From positions 225,868,001 through 225,932,000 of the forward strand of contig NC_086097.1 in the NCBI RefSeq assembly GCF_963921235.1: a DNA stretch of 64,000 nucleotides. Direction: 5' to 3'. The notes below the pieces were generated by a model. That model saw only the letters and a list, made by a program, of their open reading frames with translations, did not search any database and was not told the origin of the DNA. The DNA is from Mobula hypostoma (Eukaryota). Below, piece by piece: positions 48,360-60,094 of the stretch (position 1 is the first letter of the stretch; every line of letters begins with the position of its first letter). The translations under genes and the position numbers were made by a program.

Positions 48360-50294
48360 GTGGGACCTCTTCACCTCTTCTCCAGTAGTGATAAGCCACA
48401 CTTCTTTTTTATATCCAACACTCTTTACATCCTGTTCCTTGGACTTGTCCTTACTCTTCAACATTATAGAAACACATTGACCTGAATTCTCAATATTTTG
48501 TTTTTGAATGATTCTCACTTGTCACATTGGACTTGCCTTCAAGTAACTCCTCCCAGACAACTTTTGCTGAGTCCTATCTTATCATATTAAATCAGCTTTA
48601 TTCCCCAAATTCAGGATCTTAATTTCCAATCTATCCTTCTTCTCCATAATAAACTTAAAAACTTAAAAATTATGGTCATTATCTCCAAGATACGGTCACT
48701 GTCTCTAAAATGTTCTTTCTAATTGATATTCCCCCTATTAGTTCAGCAACATTTCCAGTAACTAGATCTAATGTTGTACTTCCCCCATGAAGACTATCTA
48801 TGAAGGCTAGCTCCAAAACTTCTGGATGCATTTAAAATAAAATTTTGATCTGTAATCTGTTCACACAAAGGTAGAAAATATTGGAGGAAGTTCAATTCTA
48901 CTACAATTATTTCTCTATTATTTTTACTCTTCTCTGTTCTCTGTAACTTGGCTACATCTTCTCCTCCATCTCATACAGACCATACCTGGAAAAATAATTA
49001 ACTTCATTTTGTTCCTATATGCAAACCATATGGTCTCTAAAATATTCCCCCTCCAGTAGCAGACAACTTTATTAATATTCTAATGTTACTTCCTCTTTTA
49101 CATTCCTCCAGTTTTGTCTTCCTGAAGATTCTATGCTCTGGAATCTTCAGTTGCTTGTCCTGCTCATCTTCCTCTGTGATAGCCACTTAGTTTTTATATT
49201 AGCTTCAACTACCAAACTAAAAAAATAGTAAAGCTGCCCATCAGCTTCATTTCCCACTCGTATCACATGTTAATTGTCAGATGGCCTCTTGCTTTACCAT
49301 TGGTCTCTATGAGGTGATAAGCTCTCACCAGTAGATCCTCTTTTCATGGAAGACTGAAAAGGAAGAAGCCAAGACCTGTGTTCAGAATGGCCCATTTGGT
49401 GTCCTCAAGCTAGCATCCTGGATTCAAGAATCTGTGGTCAACCTCTAGCCTAATTAATTATCCTTGCAATCTATCTGAATCTGGAGTCAGCAGAAGAGCA
49501 TGAAGAACTGATTAACGGTGCAAATGCTTGGTGGGAATATTTCCTACAGTTGGAATGTGCAGAACACTGAGTATTCCCAGAAGAGATTCAGGATTTAGAA
49601 CTGCTGAAGCTGTGGATACTTGGTCTGAAATATATTCAAGTGTGTGACCTGTAGATGGTTTTGGTCACCTAAGTAAGATTGTGAGATGTGGATATGCAAT
49701 GGAAAGTGAAATGCCTCCTACATTTTCTGACCAGGTAAGTGTGTCAGAGCCCATAGATGCATCTTAGTATTAAGATGATGGCTGTGAACAGTTCAGTTCT
49801 CATTGCAGCTAATTTCCCTAATATGCTTTGTACCAGTTCAATTTTGTAATACAATATTTAGAAGACTTTAAAAGGACCCTCTATAATTAACTTTACATTG
49901 ATTTGTCAAACAGTGCAAGGAAGCTTAATTCCCAGAGCTGCATTGAAAGTTGAATTACAAAAAATTATTTTTCTATTTACACACTATTTATTCCCTTTTT
50001 ATTTGAAAAAAAATCTAAAAGATGCTTCACCTGTAGTCCATGCTCTGATATTCCCTGCATAAGCTTCCCTTGAAAGCCAAAGGGTGAAATTAAAATCATA
50101 TTGAAAAAACAAACCACAGGGCCAGAGCACCTAGAAGATGAATCAAACAAAACAACTTCTTTATAAGAATATAAAGACATAAGAAACAAAGTCCCTCATG
50201 TACGCTCTCTCATTTGATTCAATTTGGAGTTGCACCCTTGCAGGTTCCAGCTCTACTCTAGCCCTTTGTCAGTCTCTGAGCTGAACCTCTGATG

Positions 50295-50730
50295 GTGCTC
50301 TTCTCATTGTTACCATTAGAAAAGAAATACGGAAGCCTGAAGGTACTCACTCAATTCTTCAGGAACAGTTTCTTCCCCTCTGCCATCCGGTTTCTAAATG
50401 GACATTGGACCTGCGAACACTACCTCATTTTTTTTTACTATTTCTGATTTTGCACTACTATTTTTAATTTAACTCTAACTTGTACGCTTTCTGTCTGTGC
50501 TGGGTTGAGCGTCAAGCTAGCAAGTCGGCCTTGTAAAAATAAGAAAGCCTGCTAAAAAAATATGCCGTCATGACGGCATCCCGATGACTCCACCCGGAGT
50601 TAAGGGCTTTCTTCTCTTTCTTCTTTTTAATATTTTTTACTGTAATTTTTTTTCTATATTTATCATATTGCATCATACTGCTGCCTCTGGGTTATTAAAT
50701 TTCATGACATATGATTCTAATTCTAATTAT
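50295..50730 (+). mobile_element. Rex1/Babar 3' fragment with a ~145-bp nested insert (~50478-50625)
   Basis: Matches 8520-8824 (RSLK..FRNSFFPSAIRFLNGH and the 3' UTR), interrupted by a CpG-rich segment ending in CTTCT repeats. Confidence 0.65.
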
Positions 50731-52825
50731 TCCCCACTTCCATGCTGAAAATTGTTCCTAAACTGCAGATTGACTGCCAGTATCCTTGCAGGGGAGGCAC
50801 AAAGCCAACAGAGACAGAGGACACAGCCAATGGTACAATCTGGGGCAACAAACAATCTGTTAGAAAGGAGTAGGTTGAGTCACATCTGTGGGAGGAAAGG
50901 AATTGTCAACAGTTGGGGTAGAAACCTGATAAAGGCAAAAAGTAGCTCTCAGTCTGTATGAAAAACTGCAAAGTGTTACACCAACTGCAAGAATACCCAA
51001 ATCCAATCTGACGTGTAAGAAAGCTCTCACTAATAAATGAAGAGAACCAAGTGCACTTTCCTTACCAGATGCTCTAGCGCAGAAATTAACTTGGCATTGC
51101 TGGAAGAACTCAGCATGTCAAGTAACAACTGTGGAAAGAAAGCAAGAGACAAATTCAATGGGTCAAGCAGCATCTTTGAGCGGAATGGAATTGTCAGCGT
51201 CTTGGAGAAGGACTGAGAGCGGAGAGGTAAAATGACCTTTGTGAAGAAAAGAGGAGAGCAATGAGAAAGAAGTCCAAGGTGACTGATGCACTGAGTAGGG
51301 GCAAAGGAAGGGCAAACCCAGATAGCCAATGGCCCACATTGTTATGTAAAAGAGAGCAGAGAAATGTTGTTTAGAAGTAACTATGTTTGCAGGGGTTACA
51401 CGAGTACAATACTCTGAAAAATTGCTTTTTTATCTGATGAATTTGTATCATTATGTATAAAATTTTAACCTCAATTCTAAACTTGGAAATTACAGTTAGA
51501 AGCTTAGTTTCAGAATACATTCATGATCAGACCATTTGTCTACAAGCAGGAGAGAGTTGTCCTACAATTACTCCAGCTAAGCTGCAGGAGATTCAATCAG
51601 GCAATGCCTTGTTGATGTCTGGCATCTCAATATTTCTATTTCCCAACTAATAATTATGAGCATTAATTCTAAAGAGTACCATTAATGAAAGTAATTAAAT
51701 CATGGATCGAACAAGAGAGATTCTGAGCAAATTAAAGTTAAGACAAAGGGCATTTATAAAAAAAGATTCTTGGAGAATGAAAGAATTGTAAACTGTTTTC
51801 AAGTTGAATGCCTGTTAACCAAAGGTCTCTATCTGTGGGAATCATTTGGAATGCATGCATAGATTTATGTTAACATTCCCATTCAATTTGGCATGACCCT
51901 CTGTCATAAAACCAGTTTTGTGTTCTGTGCATGTTGTACTTTTGAAATTTCAGTCCCATTTGTATCATGCGAATGAACCTTCATTATCACTATTCACTTA
52001 ATATATTGGCTGATTGTCTTGGTCTTGTAATTGTGACCTGGCACTCACTTTTCTTTTCATGCAATCAAAAGGGCGAGCCCTAACTATGTAACCTTTGACA
52101 GGTATTCAATATAACTCTTCTGGAAAACAAGTTGTTGGACACTGAGCTGTTCATTCCAAGAGACTAGGAATTACATCATGTTGTTACTGTTTCTGTCATG
52201 GTCGATTAAGTCTTAAGTTGGTCTTCTACATAAAAAAATAGGAACTAAAATCCCAATTAATAATACAAAAAAAACTTCTTTTTCCAACCAGCATCAAAGA
52301 CAATTTCAATTTGATTATTCTGAATGTAAAATAAGTAAGTGATGTAAAAATACATTAATTGCTAATCATTGTGAAGGTCCTTACAATATTCAAAGGAATA
52401 TTGTGTATGAAGGTGGGTATTATTGTGATATATTTGCAAAAGATTAATTAGTCCCAAGTTTTCAAACTTCTCTTCCTAAAACCAAACATAATTTTCTCTT
52501 GGTCAATAGGATCAGAACAAGATATTTGTGGGTCAAAGAACTCCAGTGAATTCAAGCTTGTTCTTTCCTGATTTTGGTAGGATTCTGGGGAGAAGCATAT
52601 TGAGAGATCCATAGATTCAATTTGGTCCTGCATACACTGAAACCTGGCTTTGATTTTGGGATGCTACCGAGCCATCTGCAAGATAAGAACTCTGAAGTTT
52701 CCAAGCTTGTGTTGCAAAGTTCAAACTCAATGTCCATCTGGTGAAATCAACAGAAGCAACCTGCTGATGGTGATGAGGATAGAAAGGATGTAGATAGTTT
52801 TATGACTCTGGTTCTAACTATTCAA

Positions 52826-53550
52826 TAGGAGGATCTCATTGAAACCTATTGAATATTGAAAGACCTAGATAGAGCATTAGCGTGTGGCCGAGTGGTTAAG
52901 GCGTTGGTCTAGTGATCTGAAGGTCGCTAGTTCGAGCCTCAGCTGAGGCAACGTGTTGTGTCCTTGAGCAAGGCACTTAACCACACATTGCTCTGCGACG
53001 ACACCGGTGCCCAGCTGTATCGGCACTAGTGCCCTTCCCTTAGACAACATCGGTGGTGTGGAGAGGAGAAACTTGCAGCATGGGCAACTGCCGGTCTTCC
53101 ATACAACCTTGCCTATGCCTGCACCCTGGAAACCTTCCAAGGCGCAAATCCATGGTATCATAAGTCTGACGGATGCCTATTATTATTAGATAGAGTGGGC
53201 ATGGAGAGGATTTTCCTAGAGTGGGGAGTCTAGGACCAGAGAGAACAGCCTCAGAAAAGAAGGACATCCCATTATAACAGAGATGAGGAGGATTTTCTTT
53301 AGCCAGAGGGTGGGGAATTTGTGGAATTCATTGCCACAGATGGCTGTGCAGGCCAAATTAATGGGTATATTTAAAGTGGAGATTGACATTCTTGATTAGT
53401 GAGGGTATCAAAGGTTACAGGGAGAAAGCAGGAGAATGGGATTGAGAGGGATAATAAATCAGCCATGACTGAATGGCAGAGCAGATTCAAAAGGATGAAT
53501 GAAAGTTATACTCCTATGTCTTTTGGTCTTCTACTGTATGTGTTATGGTC
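52826..53550 (+). mobile_element. CR1 3' fragment split by a SINE insertion
   Basis: GGATCTCATTGAAACCTATTGAATATTGAAAGACCTAGATAGAG resumes after the SINE as TAGATAGAGTGGGCATGGAGAGG and runs to the 3' UTR. Confidence 0.85.
52875..53186 (+). mobile_element. Young tRNA-derived SINE with a 9-bp TSD
   Basis: A box TGGCCGAGTGG (52885-52895), B box GTTCGAGCC (52930-52938), (TAT)n tail, TSD TAGATAGAG at 52866-52874 and 53187-53195. Confidence 0.9.
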
Positions 53551-54087
53551 TTAGTTGTTAATGAGAGCTCTGTACTGCTGTTACATTCAGTTTGTTTTAC
53601 TGCAGAGTCAAAGTTTGGAAAACATCAAGATTAATTAAGGTTAATCAGTTCAAGGATCGTTTGCACATGGGTTATGGGAGCCTTTCCCACTCATGTAGCC
53701 TAAATCCTGGAGACTGTGATGTGAGCAGTGCACTCTATTCCTGCCAAAATACAGAAAATTATAAGCAGCATTCATTCAAGTTTTTAAAAAAAAGTCATCA
53801 GTAAATACTTGCTGTTGGTTTGTGATCTTGTCCATCAGGTTCTCGTGTTTAATTAAATTAATAACATTATTTTATTCTCTGTGCAATGTGATAGACTGGA
53901 TATTGGTTCTTGATATCCCTGATGAGATCATTGGTTCCCGGGCAGTCATCAGAAATAAGACTGCTCAATTAGTATTGTGATTAACTCTAGCATGCTTTTA
54001 ATCAATACCAGGACCTATGCTGCTTTTGATTAAAGCGGCACCACTTGCTGTTCTCCTCCTCCTCTGAAAAATCCTTAAAACTATCTA

Positions 54088-54415
54088 AAGACCACAAGAA
54101 ACAGGAGCAGGTTTACCCGTTCGGCCCATTGACCCTGCACTGCCATTCCACCATGTCTGATTTATTATCCCTCTTAACCCTATTCTCCTGCCTTCTCCCC
54201 ATAACCTTTGACATCCTTACCAATCAAGAACCTCCACTTTAGATATTTCCAGTAACTTGGCCTTCACAGCAATTTGTAGCAATGAATTCCACAGATTCAC
54301 CACCCTCTGGCGAAGGAAATTCCTCCTTATATCTGTTCTAAAGATAAGTCCTTGTATACTGAGTCTGTGGCCTGGGATGCTGGACTTCCTCACTATAGGA
54401 AACATTATCTCCATG
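54088..54415 (-). mobile_element. CR1 3' fragment
   Basis: IRRNFLRQRVVNLWNSL followed by the CR1 3' UTR. Confidence 0.85.
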
Positions 54416-55621
54416 TCTTTCCTAGATACCTAACATAACCTGAAGCATACTTGTAAATGAAGATAATTTTGTGACAATAAAGTAGAGAACTCCAATTCCA
54501 ATGAAAAGTCCATGACCTTTAACATGACATTAACTCTGTTCCCTCTGCAGAGATGCAGGCCAAACTCTGATTATTTACAGTATTTTATGTCATTATTCCT
54601 GTTAGAGTGATTGGCTACATCACTCCCATGCTATTTATTTCCCTAAACATCTTTTCTTCAACCCTATTGCAAGTTTTTATGGGTAGATTTCTAAACTCCT
54701 CACTATTTCTGCTGGCAAAGTGACTGATTAGCTGCTTGAGAAACGTTAAAAGATTGTATTACAAGTTTGCTGTAACTGGCTGCTTATTTTCATTCCCCCT
54801 AATGAAACACATTCCACAAAATTGCATATTTCAAAACCAAATGTTCCTGCCATTTTGTTAGCAGCACATAAACAGCAGTGAGAAACAGCTACTTAACCTA
54901 ATTTTTCAGGGAATATGTAAACCATGGTGATTGTAACTTGCTTCATTCAATGATGAATGACATTTGGGCAATGTTTCTCCCAATATAAGCCAATAAGTGC
55001 AATCTTATTTCTCTTGTTCTCTTTTTTAAAGCAACAATTGCCCTATTAAAAGGACTCAAAACACACAAAACATTTGCATTCATTAAAAGCAACTAAAATG
55101 CTCAATAAATACATAAAACATTGAAATAATCTAAACTAAATGAAATTTTACAGAGAGACAGAGATGTTATTTGGTTAAATGATGGGGTCAGCTCGCCATA
55201 GTAAAAATCTGAGCTGCCATGTGGGAAGTGCATCTAAGCCTTTTTCTAACACCCTTGTTCCATCCCTTCGTCATCGGCACCTTCTTGTCTTGGACATGTC
55301 TGTTTGGTGAAGCAGGGTTGAAGTCTGGAATGAGTTGAGTGGTAAATAGCTAACAGTGGCATTTCTCTATGGAATAGCAGCTCAATTCAACCAAATGTGT
55401 GCATTGTTTTCTGGTATTCCCACCACAACTCTTGTAGGAAACTAGAGGAGGGCCAAAATTGCGAGGCTAGACCATACAGCTGTGGCTAGTTTCTAAGTGC
55501 AATTGCTATCTTTTTCATATTTGGTCTATCTCTATCAAGAGAGTGCTCCTTAATTCAACTATGTCCTGTTTATTTAACCTCTCTGGTAACCAGGGTAGGT
55601 TTACTGGTTTAATCTGGTTTT

Positions 55622-56483
55622 ATGAGTTTGAGTACAGAGAGGAAATTAAGAACCTGGTCGCATGGTGTGAAGACAATAGCCTATCCCTCAATGTCAGCAA
55701 GACGAAGGAATTGGTTGTTGACTTCAGAAGGAGTAGCGGACCGCACAATCTCATTTACATCGGTGGTGCACAAGTGGAACAAGTCAAAAGCTTTAAGTTC
55801 CTCAGGGTCAATATCACAAATGACCTGACTTGGTCCAACCAAGCAGGGTCCACAGCCAAGAAGGCCCACCAGCCTCTTTACCTTCTGAGAAACCTAAAGA
55901 AATTTGGCCTGTCCCCTAAAATCCTCACTAATTTTTATAGATGCACCGCAGAAAGCATTCTTCTAGGGTGCATCACAACTTGGTACAGAAGTTGTCCTGT
56001 CCAAGACCGGAAGAAGCTGCAGAAGATCGTGAACACAGCCCAGCACATCACGCAAACCAATCTTCCGTCCTTGGACTCACTTTACACCGCATGCTGTCGA
56101 AGCAGTGCTGCCAGGATAATCAGGACCCACCCAGCCAACACACTTTTTGTCCCTCTTCCCTCCAGGAGAAGGCTCAGGAGCTTGAAGACTCGTACGGCCA
56201 GATTTGGGAACAGTTTCTTTCCAACTGTGATAAGACTGCTGAACGGATCCTGACCCGGATCTGGGCCATACCCTCCAAGGATCCGGACCTGCCTCTCGGA
56301 TTTTTTTGCACTACATTACTTTCCCTTTCCTATTTTCTATTTATGATTTATAATTTAAATTTTTAATATTTACTATCGATTTGTACTCCAGGGAGCGGGA
56401 AGCGCAGAATCAAATATCGCTATGATTATTGTACGTTCTAGTATCAATTGTTTGGTGACAATAAATTATATAGTATAAAGTAT
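55622..56483 (+). mobile_element. Young 5'-truncated Rex1/Babar-type LINE
   Basis: Open frame EYREEIKNLVAWC..LNVSKTKELVVDFRR..FKFL..RTARFGNSFFPTVIRLLNGS* (ends 56253), then a 3' UTR with an AATAAA/AAAGT tail. Confidence 0.88.
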
Positions 56484-56589
56484 AATCTAATCAACCATTT
56501 TAAAGTTTTGGCTAGTCGGAAGATAGATGCTGTTAAAGTGGATTCTGTCATTGAGGACTCCTGGAAACCCAGAATATGTCCACACACTG

Positions 56590-57140
56590 ATTGTGAACAG
56601 ATTTGGGCTCCTCATCTAAGAAAAGATGTGCTGACATTGGAGAGGGTTCAGAGGAGGTTCACAAGGATGATTCGAGGAATGAAAAGGTTATCATATGAGG
56701 AATGTTTGATGGCTCTGGGTCTGTACTCGCTGGAATTGAGAAGGATGAGGGGTGATCTCATTGAAACCTTTTGAATGTTGAAAGGCCTAGAAAGAGTAGA
56801 TGTGGAAAGGATGTTTCCCATGGTGGGAGAGTCTAGGACAAGAGGGCAGAGCCTCAGGATAGAAGGGCATCCATTTAAAACAGAGATATGTAGAAATTTC
56901 TTGAACCAGAGAGTGGTGAATTTGTGGAATTTGTTGCCACACAGTTGTGGAGGCCAGGTCATTGGGTGTATTTAAGACAGAGCTTGATAGATTCTGATTG
57001 GACACGGCATCAAAGATAACAGGGAGAAGGCCGGGGAGACGGACTAAGGAGAGAATAAAAGGATCATTCATGATTGAATGACAGAGCAGACTTGATGGGC
57101 CAAATGGCCTAATTCTGCTCCTATGTCTTAAGGTCTTATG
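56590..57140 (+). mobile_element. CR1 3' fragment
   Basis: CEQIWAPHLRKDVLTLERVQRRFTRMI..RGDLIETF, RNFLNQRVVNLWNLLP and the 3' UTR. Confidence 0.88.
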
Positions 57141-57874
57141 TCCCAGTGCTTCGCTCCAACTCCATAGGAGTGCCACTAAATGGCAAAGTGCCAGAAATAT
57201 CATAAATTATTGGTTGAGGTATTGCCCTGAGCTAATGAATGTTATTCCAATAAATCTTTGTTTTCTTCCTTTTTCATTTTTTACACTTTCTTTTTGTTGC
57301 ATCCACTTTGTCCCTTTCTTTTTGTCAGAGTATGCCTCTGCTGTGGAAACCAATTATGGAATCCAAAGCCAATGTCTTTCTAACAATCACATCAGCACAT
57401 GAATGAAGAACCAGTAACACATTTCCGAATCAGAAAGGTAGCCAACTTGGAATGGAACCTGCAGGCAGCAGACTTACTGTGCATCTGCTCCTTTGACCTT
57501 GTTAGTGGTAGAGGTCAAGGGTTTGGGATAGGCTAGGTGGGTAAGCTACAGTGATCAATAGTGCACAGTGTAACTACCATGTGTGAATAGTGGAATGAAT
57601 AATTGTTCAGTGTTGTTGATAGGATTCCAGTTAAACAGCTTCCTTTGTCCTGGATGAACTATTGCCTTTCATAGTTTGCCACAGTCCACTGCAAGTTCAT
57701 GTTGTAGTTCCAAGAGAGCAGGAATAAAAAGAACAAAATTTGCATTGGCTTTTAACGTGCAGATAATTTGTCCAGAAGGTTGTGTCTCATCTGCATTCTC
57801 AGCTGGATTCAAATGGACATCTATCTCCTGCATAGGTGGATGTTACACAAAGCGGAGCAATTAACAGTGAAAGG

Positions 57875-58428
57875 AGAAACACAACAGATTCTGCAGATGC
57901 TGCAAATCTGGAGCAAATCACGCAAAATGCTGGAGGAACTCTGTCTTCCATCCTTGGACTCACTTTACACCGCACACTGTCGGAGCAGTGCTGCCAGGAT
58001 AATCAAGGACACGACCCACCCAGCCAACACACTTTTCGCCCCTCTTCCCTCCGGGAGAAGGCTCAGGAGCTTGAAGACTTGTACGGCCAGATTTGGGAAC
58101 AGCTTCTTTCCAACTGTGATAAGACTGCTGAACGGATCCTGACCCGGATCTGGGCCGTACCCTCCAAATAACCAGACCTGCCTCTCGTTTTTTTTTTTTC
58201 GCACTACCTTACTTTCGCTTTTCTATTTTCTATTTATGATTTATAATTTAAATTTTTATTATATTTACTATCAATTTGTACTCCAGGGAGCACGAAGTGC
58301 AGAATCAAATATCGCTATGATGATTGTACGCTCTAGTATCAATTGTTTGGTGACAATAAAGTAAAGTAAAGCATTTGTGGAGAGAAATATAGTGTCAATG
58401 TTACAGGTGGAGACTCTTCATCAGGACA
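57875..58428 (-). mobile_element. Penelope terminal repeat interrupted by a Rex1/Babar insertion
   Basis: The left half (TCTGCAGATGCTG..AAAATGCTGGAGGAACTC) ends at ~57940. The right half (58371-58428) carries, on the minus strand, TGTC-CTGATGA-AGAGTCTCCACCT-GTAA-CATT-GACA. Confidence 0.7.
57943..58370 (+). mobile_element. Young Rex1/Babar 3' fragment
   Basis: Highly similar to 56061-56483; (TAAAG)n tail. Confidence 0.88.
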
Positions 58429-59892
58429 GTGAAAATGTTACCTCAGGTTTCCATGAGTTGTACCATTGAAGGAAAATCCAGTGTGTTTAATGGAATACCC
58501 CAAAAAATGCCAGGCAATTATACTTTTATTTCATTACAGAAATTAGTAATATGATTTTGTATTTAATTGCTTATTAACCTTTTTTGATAGACAAATTACT
58601 TGGTTTAATACCTGTTAAGTAAGCTAAAAATGCAAATACATTCAATGCTTGCAAGCTAAAATTCACACAGTATAAGAGCAAGAACTGTGTCCCTTTTGAT
58701 TGGTTCATACTTGTATTGAATAGCTGTTCCACAGAAGTAAGGGATCTATGGTACAAAAGGCGATCGATCCATTCAAATGGCAAATCTATAATTCTATAGT
58801 CCTTTTCCTAAATTGAAATTGAGCACCTTTCACGGGTTCTATGACTCTGTTGTGTGTTCCTGATTTCACAATTGCTCATTAGCTTGTCAAACAATAAAGT
58901 ATGAATAGTTGTTGGGGATTAGAGAGCAGACATTCAAGAGAGTAAAATGTGATTTGACATACACTGGTTTTCAAGTAATAATACTATTTGCAACACTGTT
59001 TTAGAATATTGCTGTATGGACTGTGACTGACCCACGTGGATTTGGACAGCAACATCACATACATTACTTTTATAGATGGAGAGTTTAAAATATTGACATT
59101 TTTTTATTATTTAGGCTCCATTTTTGTATAAAATGCCAAGATTGTTGTTAGGTTCTACCTCAATCTTGTGCTAACCTGTGCTGAAGTTGCTGACAGACCA
59201 CATTTTCTTGAACTGATGTGTAAATATTAGAACAAACAAAAACCTCAAATAGATCAAAAAAAGTAATAGAAGATCACTGACCTTTGTCAAGACAAGTCAC
59301 TCTTACAGACTCTTATCACAGTATTTGGCCCCTTTAAATATACAGTAGGATTATACATATTATGGAAGATGGAGAAGGCATTCTGGACCGTTGAGCCTTT
59401 TCTACCATCCATAAATTAATTGATGATCTTCAATCTCAGCTAATTTTCTTGAACTCTCCTCATGTCTTGTGGGTCCTTCAATGTACAGACATGGTCCAAA
59501 TGTTGAATTGACTGAGCTTTTGCAGCCCTTTGAGGTAGAACACTTCAAGAGTTGTTAGGTTTACCACCTGCTGAGATTTTTACTCATGTCAGTGATGAAT
59601 GGCCTTCTCCTTCTTCTGTCACTGAGCTCCACTTCTAGACATCTCAGCCAGCCGAAACACCCATGCTGCATCCACCTTGTCAGAATCCATAAAAATTTTG
59701 TAAGTTTCAGTGAGAGCACCTCTCAATTATCTCAATGGCAGAGATCATTTCAAGGTCCTAGAGGCAGAAGACAGATCGGCAGCAGAAAGCTTAAAGTGGA
59801 GAATTACTCTGATAATTTCAAGATCCTAAAAGGCAAGGGGTAGAATAACAACAGGAAGCTTATGATTGATAGAACTTTTCAGAAAAGCATTA

Positions 59893-60094
59893 CTTATTGG
59901 CTAATTGTGAGACACATCAGCCAATAAAGGAGCACAGGCTCTAGCATAGCAGCCATTGTAGAGCGGCCAGTGTTGAAGTGGCAAGTAAAGAGACTGGCTT
60001 GCGAGGTGGAGGTGCAGGTAAAGTTCCTTGTATTTCTTGCTTTGTCTTAGAGCACTCAGGTGACAATTAGAGCAGTGGTATGGACCTCCTGCAG
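59893..60094 (+). mobile_element. Probable CR1 5' UTR plus start of ORF1
   Basis: ATTGG..CCAATAAAGG..GCAGCCATT..GCAGGTAA, then ATTAGAGCAGTGGTATGGACCTCCTGCAGG (RAVVWTSCR, resembling the RAVxCxSC zinc-knuckle start of CR1 ORF1). Confidence 0.4.

Noticed and set aside
48047..48518. His/Thr- and Cys/Val-rich ORFs
   Set aside because: They are translations of the (CA)n microsatellite.
52448..52737. Two overlapping 61-aa minus-strand ORFs in unique sequence as an exon or pseudogene
   Set aside because: No recognisable domain and no convincing splice-site pair.
52878..52950. tRNA gene
   Set aside because: The tRNA-like part continues into a SINE body and tail bounded by a TSD, with no poly-T terminator. 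The same reasoning applies to 62505-62590.
55543..56253. 236-aa ORF as a novel gene
   Set aside because: It is a Rex1/Babar ORF2 C-terminus with ~26 codons of fortuitous flanking read-through.
56061..58370. Direct repeats ~1.9 kb apart as the LTRs of one element
   Set aside because: Both are LINE 3' ends with different 5' truncations and no TG..CA ends, PBS or shared TSD. The interior is an unrelated CR1 fragment and unique DNA.
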